NCBI GenBank assembly: GCA_031400935.1
Contig: JANNQV010000065.1
Location: forward strand, 116,188 to 136,187
DNA length: 20,000 nucleotides
Direction: 5' to 3'
DNA from: Armatimonadota bacterium
Lineage (GTDB): Bacteria > Armatimonadota > Fimbriimonadia > Fimbriimonadales > Fimbriimonadaceae
Part shown: piece by piece, positions 14,848-20,000 of the stretch
Layout: each line of letters begins with the position of its first letter
Numbering within the stretch: the first letter of the stretch is position 1
The notes under the pieces: model-generated
Database searches by the model: none
Seen by the model: the letters and a program-made list of their open reading frames with translations, nothing else
Told to the model about the DNA's origin: nothing
Program-made: the position numbers and the translations under genes

Positions 14848-15773
14848 TAAAGACCCAATTTTCCAAATAAACCAGAACCAAAATCAGTTGAAATTGAGAA
14901 CCACTTTCGCGTGTCGTACTTGTTGCAAATGCCAGCGACGAGGTCGTCTGTTGTCCTTGATGGCTTGCCAATTCGAGCTTCGCTCGTACCCTTCATCCCA
15001 GTAAGGATGGCGATTGCCTTCTTAGGTTCGTCCATCCCAGTTTCGATCTGCTTGACGATTTCAACGATCATCGTTCCCGTTTCATTTAGAGCCATGTTGT
15101 ATGCGTCGCGAGTTGGAATGCATTCAGCTGGAGGAGGAAGCGACCAGAAATCTTCGTTCAGCTTGGTCCATTCAGTTTGATAGTTCTCAAACTCTTTCTT
15201 TGTAGATGAAGCTGGGGATTCTGGTGCAGAACCTTCTCCCGAATCGTTGATCATTGAATTGATTGCATCCAATCCGCCGCCTAGTTGGAGTTCGGTCATA
15301 GTTACAATGGCTCCAGAAAGCTGTTCTGTGCTCAATTGCCCTCGTTTCTTTTCAATTCTCTCCAAATGTTCGAGCCATTTCCGAACGTCATCTGGCATGA
15401 CGGCATGGCTACCGTCGGCTTTAAGGGCTGCAGGAGAACTGTTTCCTTTGGCCTGTAAAATCCCAGAACCTGCTGAGCCTTCCGCTTGAAGAACTCCAGA
15501 ACCCGCCGACCCTTCAGCTTTTAGCGAATTGCCCGATGATGCACCTTCTGCGACCAGAGTCTTCCCTCCACCTGAACGGCCAAATGCGCTCAAAATGCGC
15601 GGTGTTCCAACTGCTGCAAACAAAATAAGTAGAACAAGAGTTATTCCGATTGCGTACTTCAGTTTCGTCGCCCGAAGCGAATCTGGGCTAGCCTGCATCG
15701 CCATTGCCGCACCGCAATTCATGCAGAACGCCGCCCCTAAGGCGGCTGGTTGGTTGCATTTCGGGCAGTTCAT
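14847..15773 (-). CDS. Zinc-ribbon, single-TM membrane protein with 11-aa tandem repeats and a helical C-terminal domain
   Basis: CPKC...FCMNCG (zinc_ribbon_2 type), TM aa ~40-56, five Lx(A)[EKD]G repeats, helical C-terminus with two Cys. Confidence 0.8.
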   Translation of the reverse strand: MNCPKCNQPAALGAAFCMNCGAAMAMQASPDSLRATKLKYAIGITLVLLILFAAVGTPRILSAFGRSGGGKTLVAEGASSGNSLKAEGSAGSGVLQAEGSAGSGILQAKGNSSPAALKADGSHAVMPDDVRKWLEHLERIEKKRGQLSTEQLSGAIVTMTELQLGGGLDAINSMINDSGEGSAPESPASSTKKEFENYQTEWTKLNEDFWSLPPPAECIPTRDAYNMALNETGTMIVEIVKQIETGMDEPKKAIAILTGMKGTSEARIGKPSRTTDDLVAGICNKYDTRKWFSISTDFGSGLFGKLGL

Positions 15774-15780
15774 GTTTGGT

Positions 15781-15809
15781 TAGACGTACTCCTGGGGGAA
15801 GGTGGTTCC
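15781..15809 (-). promoter_or_regulatory. Putative ECF-sigma promoter GGAACC-N17-CGTCTA, 7 nt before ATG (likely leaderless)
   Basis: Close to generic ECF consensus GGAAC...CGTC; no SD before ATG 15773. Confidence 0.55.
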
Positions 15810-15811
15810 AA

Positions 15812-15962
15812 GGGTTGTACTAGGGTACGGGGTTTGGGGGCCAGGGTAACAAAATTGACGGACCTGGTTCTGTGCCTCCATAAATTGACACAGTGGCCAA
15901 TGCACAATGCCCAATACCTCTTACCCTAAATCCCAAACCCCCATACCCCAAAACCCAAACCC
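15812..15962. repeat. Inverted G-rich/C-rich heptamer-periodic repeat (imperfect IR 15821-15849 vs 15921-15950), G-quadruplex-capable on both strands
   Basis: TAGGGTACGGGGTTTGGGGGCCAGGGTAA versus reverse complement TGGGGTATGGGGGTTTGGGATTTAGGGTAA; also CCAATGC ACAATGC CCAATAC at 15897-15917. Confidence 0.65.
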
Positions 15963-17977
15963 TATTTAAGAAACCGATCCATCCACCCAACATTCTCGGC
16001 GAGCCTGTGCAGCCTCAAATCTGGTGGGCCGTTTCGGGAAAGCCCATGAAATGTGGACTGCGGATAGCGAACAAACCGGCTCGGAACACCTTGCGCTTGT
16101 AGCGCATGGAAAACTTGTTCGCCCTGTTCAACGTTGCAACGAAGATCGCCTTCGGAATGAATGACAAGCGTTGGCGTCTTCACATCTGTAAAGTAGGCAA
16201 GCGGCGATTGCTTCCAGAGCGGAGCGATGTCTTCTAACGAACTCCAGGCACAACCGCCGAAGTAACCGTCCCGGTTAAACGGAAAATCGCTCGAGCCAGC
16301 CATGGAAACCAGGTTGGAAACACACCGATCAGAGATAGCGGCTGCGTAGTCGTTCGTGTGTCCGATCGCCCAGTTCGTCATGTACCCGCCATAGCTTCCG
16401 CCCATCACTCCCAATTTGCCAGCATCAATTAACGGCTGATTTTGCATCCAACGAGTGATGGTTTGAACGTCGTCCCAGTCTTTGTTGCCCCAATCGCCTT
16501 TGATTGCGGCGCAAAAATCTTCTCCGTAGCCCTTTGAACCGCGTGGATTGCTATAAACCACGACATACCCTTGCGCCGCAAAAACTTGGAATTCGTGAAA
16601 AAACGCCCAACCATATTGGGTATGAGGTCCACCGTGAATATGCAGAACTGCAGGATATAGTGCGCCTTGTTTTACACCAACGGGCATCATCACCCATGTG
16701 TGAACTTTCGCACCATCCGTAGATTCGAGCCACATTTCTGTAGGTTCGCTCAGTTCAATTTCATCATGAAATTCTTGATTGAATTTTGTTAAAACCTGCG
16801 GTGTCTCAACGTTTTTTGAAAGGTCGAAAACTCCCACTTCGGGCAACATGGTTGGATGCCCAAACAGTACACCGAACTTCTCGCCGTTCGCCGAAATAGA
16901 ACCTGGAACCACTTGGTGATTCCCTTTCGTGAGTAACTTTACTCCACCCTTTTCAAGTTCAATGAAGCCAATTTGGTTTTCGCCATGCCACCCGATGGAA
17001 GAATAGAGTGCTTTGCTATCCGGCGACCAAATGAGCGTCCCTTCAAAGGAGGCCTCTTTCGAATCGCTGAGCGTAGCGACATTTAGGTCGTAGTCCTGGC
17101 CTTCTGTCAAACACCTGGGTTCGCCACCGTTCACAGGCACTACATAGAGTTTGGTGTTTCGAACGCCCCAAGGGTCGTTGTCGCTTACATCGCCTAAAAA
17201 GCCGATCCATTTGCCGTCGGGAGAGCATTGAAGGGAGGCTTTGTTCCCCTTTGGCAAACCGGGAAGCATCGTTGATTTACCCTTTAGATCAATGCGGAAA
17301 AGTTGGTCGTTTGGCGGATCGAAAGCCACGTTCTCTGCGGCTGATCGCGAAACAATTAATGCGTCGCTTGATGAGAGCCAATCAAAGTTGTAGTTACCAT
17401 CCCACGCATCACTCGAAATTCGATGGTGCTCTCCGGAAGCAATGTTTACAACAAAAAGCTCGTGTCTTTCGTTGAGAAAATAGCCGTCGCCATCGAGCCG
17501 ATACCAAATCGTATCTATCTCCCTTGCGGGCGTTGACAGCCCTTTCGCTTCTCGATCTTTGGCGGATGCTTTTGTCCATTTGGCGTCGGTTTGCCGATAG
17601 GTGAATGCGATCCACTTGCCATCTGGTGACCAGTCATACGTTCCGATTGAACCTTCCGGAAGGCTCGTGAGCTTCCTCGCTTCTCCTCCTTCCAGACTTA
17701 AGAGAAAAATTTGGCCAATTTCTTCGGAACGTGCACTAAGAAATGAAATCTGCTTGCCGTCCGGCGACCACTTGCCAGAAGAACTGCCCGATTCGCCTTG
17801 GGTTAGCTGCGTAGTCGCGCCTTCTTGATCCACCAGATATAGGTGATTCAGGTACTTGTTTTTCGAAGTAATGTGCTTTTTTCCAAATAGAATTCTAGTT
17901 CCATCGGGACTAATTTGAGGATCGCCGACGTAATGGATATTTAGCAAATCTTCGGCTTTGATAGGTCGCTTTGGCAT
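15962..17977 (-). CDS. S9 family peptidase (acylaminoacyl-peptidase / dipeptidyl aminopeptidase type)
   Basis: Beta-propeller WSPDG repeats, IHGGPH, NPRGS.GYG, nucleophile GGSYGG, Asp in DLRC, His in HGL; no signal peptide. Confidence 0.95.
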   Translation of the reverse strand: MPKRPIKAEDLLNIHYVGDPQISPDGTRILFGKKHITSKNKYLNHLYLVDQEGATTQLTQGESGSSSGKWSPDGKQISFLSARSEEIGQIFLLSLEGGEARKLTSLPEGSIGTYDWSPDGKWIAFTYRQTDAKWTKASAKDREAKGLSTPAREIDTIWYRLDGDGYFLNERHELFVVNIASGEHHRISSDAWDGNYNFDWLSSSDALIVSRSAAENVAFDPPNDQLFRIDLKGKSTMLPGLPKGNKASLQCSPDGKWIGFLGDVSDNDPWGVRNTKLYVVPVNGGEPRCLTEGQDYDLNVATLSDSKEASFEGTLIWSPDSKALYSSIGWHGENQIGFIELEKGGVKLLTKGNHQVVPGSISANGEKFGVLFGHPTMLPEVGVFDLSKNVETPQVLTKFNQEFHDEIELSEPTEMWLESTDGAKVHTWVMMPVGVKQGALYPAVLHIHGGPHTQYGWAFFHEFQVFAAQGYVVVYSNPRGSKGYGEDFCAAIKGDWGNKDWDDVQTITRWMQNQPLIDAGKLGVMGGSYGGYMTNWAIGHTNDYAAAISDRCVSNLVSMAGSSDFPFNRDGYFGGCAWSSLEDIAPLWKQSPLAYFTDVKTPTLVIHSEGDLRCNVEQGEQVFHALQAQGVPSRFVRYPQSTFHGLSRNGPPDLRLHRLAENVGWMDRFLK

Positions 17978-17983
17978 TGAGAA

Positions 17984-17991
17984 AGCGTACC
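17984..17991 (-). promoter_or_regulatory. -10 element GGTACGCT 6 nt before the S9 peptidase ATG (leaderless transcript candidate)
   Basis: Minus strand reads CCTAGGTACGCTTTCTCAATG; no SD. Confidence 0.5.
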
Positions 17992-18052
17992 TAGGTTGCT
18001 AGGATTTGAATTCTCGAAAGGGATTGACTTTGTTCGGGTTGGTTCGGGCCTA

Positions 18053-18973
18053 CTATGCCGAGGCTTTCTTCAGCCGGTCATGAATGGCAAGCCAATCAGA
18101 ATCAATTGGAGGGGACTCAACCAAAATCTCAGTCGGTTGCAATTTGTCGAGCTGAAAGAGAACGTCGTACAATCGGGCGGCATAAGCTTCTGGGTTAGTT
18201 GGCATTTGAATCTGACGAACCGATGGCGTGCCAAATGTTAAACCGCACTCATTGGTTGCAATTTTGGAGACCAACCTAAGCGGCGATTTTGGAGAATAGT
18301 GCTTCAGATACATCCCCGGAGATCGCATTTCCACTTCATTTGAACCTAAAATCACTTCCGATCCCAGGACTCGCGAAATCTGTTCAATCGAAACTCCGCC
18401 TGGGCGCAGCACTCTCACATGATCAGATGTTAGGTCAACCACCGTAGATTCAACGCCTACTTTGCATGGGCCGCCATCAAGCACCAATTCGACAGACGCC
18501 ACAATATCTGGGGCAAGATGTTCAACTCTAGTTGGGGAAAGTCCCATAAATAGGTTCGCGCTTGGCATAGCCAAAGCTGTGCCAGAAGCCAGAATTACGT
18601 CTAAAGCAACAGAATGATCGGGCATTCGAATCGCAACAGAGCCTAACCCGGCGGTGACGATTTCAGGTACCCAATCCGATTTTGGAAGCACCAAAGTTAT
18701 CGGACCCGGCCAAAATGCCGTCGCCAATTTTTCGGCTCGATCATCCCATTTCAAAACAAATTTCCTTACGTCTTCAATATTTGCAATATGGACGATCAAA
18801 GGATTCTCGGGCGGGCGTCCTTTAGCTTCAAAAATCTTTGCAACGGCATCGGGATTGCTTGCGTCGCCGGCAAGTCCATAGACAGTTTCGGTGGGCAGTA
18901 TTACAAGTCCACCAGCCCTGATTATTTCCCCGGTGTGGTGAATAGCCTCGGCTGTTGGCTCCACTATTTTCAA
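18053..18973 (-). CDS. sua5: L-threonylcarbamoyladenylate synthase, Sua5 type (YrdC domain + Sua5 C-terminal domain)
   Basis: PTETVYGL, KGRP..NPLIVH, FWPGP.T, PSAN, GVESTVVD, LRPG, linker SPGM..KHYSP, C-terminal AI.DRL.KA. Confidence 0.95.
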   Translation of the reverse strand: MKIVEPTAEAIHHTGEIIRAGGLVILPTETVYGLAGDASNPDAVAKIFEAKGRPPENPLIVHIANIEDVRKFVLKWDDRAEKLATAFWPGPITLVLPKSDWVPEIVTAGLGSVAIRMPDHSVALDVILASGTALAMPSANLFMGLSPTRVEHLAPDIVASVELVLDGGPCKVGVESTVVDLTSDHVRVLRPGGVSIEQISRVLGSEVILGSNEVEMRSPGMYLKHYSPKSPLRLVSKIATNECGLTFGTPSVRQIQMPTNPEAYAARLYDVLFQLDKLQPTEILVESPPIDSDWLAIHDRLKKASA

Positions 18974-19785
18974 GAGTTTCCGCCTGATAATGCGTTCCGG
19001 TAAATGGCTCGATCAACGGTCTTTCCCGTCCAAAATTCCATAGAAAGCGCACCTTGTTCGATCAGCATTTCTAGGCCATCCATCGTTCGTAGACCGGCAG
19101 ATTCTGCACTGTTCAGAAATGGGGTTGCGACTCCAACCATCAAGTCGTAGGCAAGGCAATTAGGGTCTGCTTGCGACCAATCTAAGTTCAAATCAATGGG
19201 AGAAATTCCTGGAGTGCAGTTAATGATCAAGTCGAATCTACCCACAGCTGGCTCTGGTATCAACCGAAAGTCAAAGTTGCTTATTGCTGCTTTGCCGTAC
19301 CACCCCTTATTCCGTGCCCACAATGAAATCGCGTAATGGCGGTGCATGGACAAAGCAACATACACGGATCTCGCTGCACCTCCTGCACCGAGGATCAGGC
19401 AGAACTTCGGTTTCTTTTCAGTTTCATCAGGCAGAGTTGCGAGAAACCCAGGTGCATCCGTATTGGCTCCCCTTCGGTTAGTTAGATCGAGCGTATTTAC
19501 TGCCCCGATCAACTCCGACAACTCATCAACGTGATCGCACCATTCGAAGGCAACCGTCTTGTTGGGAATGGTCACGTTTACACCCTCGTAACCGAGAGAT
19601 CGCAGATGATCCATCGCATCGCCAAATTCGTCAATAGGCACCCGAATGGCAACATACTTCGCGTCAATTCCCTCCGAGTCCAGCCAAGCCTGATGCATTT
19701 TGGGAGAAAGAGAATGCCCGATGGGGTCGCCAACCACGGCATATTTCGCTGGCGGCGCATCACGCCATTCAAACCACGGATTCAT
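18970..19785 (-). CDS. aroE: Shikimate dehydrogenase
   Basis: GDPIGHSLSPKMH, GVNVTIP.K, GAVNTL, NTD, LGAGGAARS, INCTP, DGLEMLIEQG. Start placed at ATG 19785 with GGAGA upstream (alternative TTG 19824). Confidence 0.93.
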   Translation of the reverse strand: MNPWFEWRDAPPAKYAVVGDPIGHSLSPKMHQAWLDSEGIDAKYVAIRVPIDEFGDAMDHLRSLGYEGVNVTIPNKTVAFEWCDHVDELSELIGAVNTLDLTNRRGANTDAPGFLATLPDETEKKPKFCLILGAGGAARSVYVALSMHRHYAISLWARNKGWYGKAAISNFDFRLIPEPAVGRFDLIINCTPGISPIDLNLDWSQADPNCLAYDLMVGVATPFLNSAESAGLRTMDGLEMLIEQGALSMEFWTGKTVDRAIYRNALSGGNS

Positions 19786-19999
19786 CCGATCTCCGGCGAA
19801 AGGCAAAGAATTTTTGTCCTGCAAAATTCCAAAACGCTACCGATGCGGCGGCAATGACTATTGTTATTCGTTCTCGGACCTTTCCTGTGCCGGGAAGCAC
19901 ATGAATGAGCACGGAGCTAATGATAACATTAATGAGCAATCCTGAGACCGAAACGAGCAGGAACCTCATGAGTTGGTTGCCACGATCTTGTGATCCACG
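19769..19999 (-). CDS. GtrA family membrane protein, 3' part (extends beyond the right edge)
   Basis: Frame open from the window edge: RGSQDRGNQLMRFLLVSVSGLLIN...IAAASVAFWNFAGQKFFAFR, the typical GtrA C-terminal half (RF...G..IN; WNF...K..AF). Confidence 0.8.
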   Translation of the reverse strand, partial: RGSQDRGNQLMRFLLVSVSGLLINVIISSVLIHVLPGTGKVRERITIVIAAASVAFWNFAGQKFFAFRRRSDESVV

Positions 20000-20000
20000 A

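Noticed and set aside
15893..16102. 69-aa Pro-rich + strand ORF
   Set aside because: Its composition derives from the C-rich repeat and it overlaps the peptidase antisense.
18009..18025. AATTCTCGAAAGGGATT, resembling the GAA hairpins of the 12634 element
   Set aside because: Single degenerate copy with wobbles and a mismatch, lacking the rest of the element.

Overview
Bacterial chromosomal window (~50% GC) with 23 mostly minus-strand CDS. Gene content and style suggest a diderm Terrabacteria lineage such as Armatimonadota/Fimbriimonadia; this is inference, not verified. In order: partial SurA/PrsA-like foldase, lexA (+), lpxB-lpxA-fabZ, a four-gene ABC-2 exporter operon, ndk (+), a three-gene FHA/FHA/vWA operon, a coupled Zn-ribbon membrane protein-GNAT-SprT-nnrD operon, an S9 peptidase, sua5, aroE and a partial GtrA gene. 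No rRNA, tRNA, CRISPR, transposase or integrase was seen. The most notable items are: (1) a kinase-less phosphothreonine-reading module (receptor-like FHA protein, polytopic double-FHA protein, vWA protein with four DPN[KR]T repeats); (2) a shared ECF-sigma-like promoter motif (AACC-N16/17-CGT) upstream of three operons including that module; (3) a 229-bp composite palindromic REP/REPIN-like element with compensatory base changes between its two arms, plus other unrelated intergenic inverted-repeat elements; (4) a candidate non-canonical LexA operator; (5) an Ndk with a divergent active-site motif.
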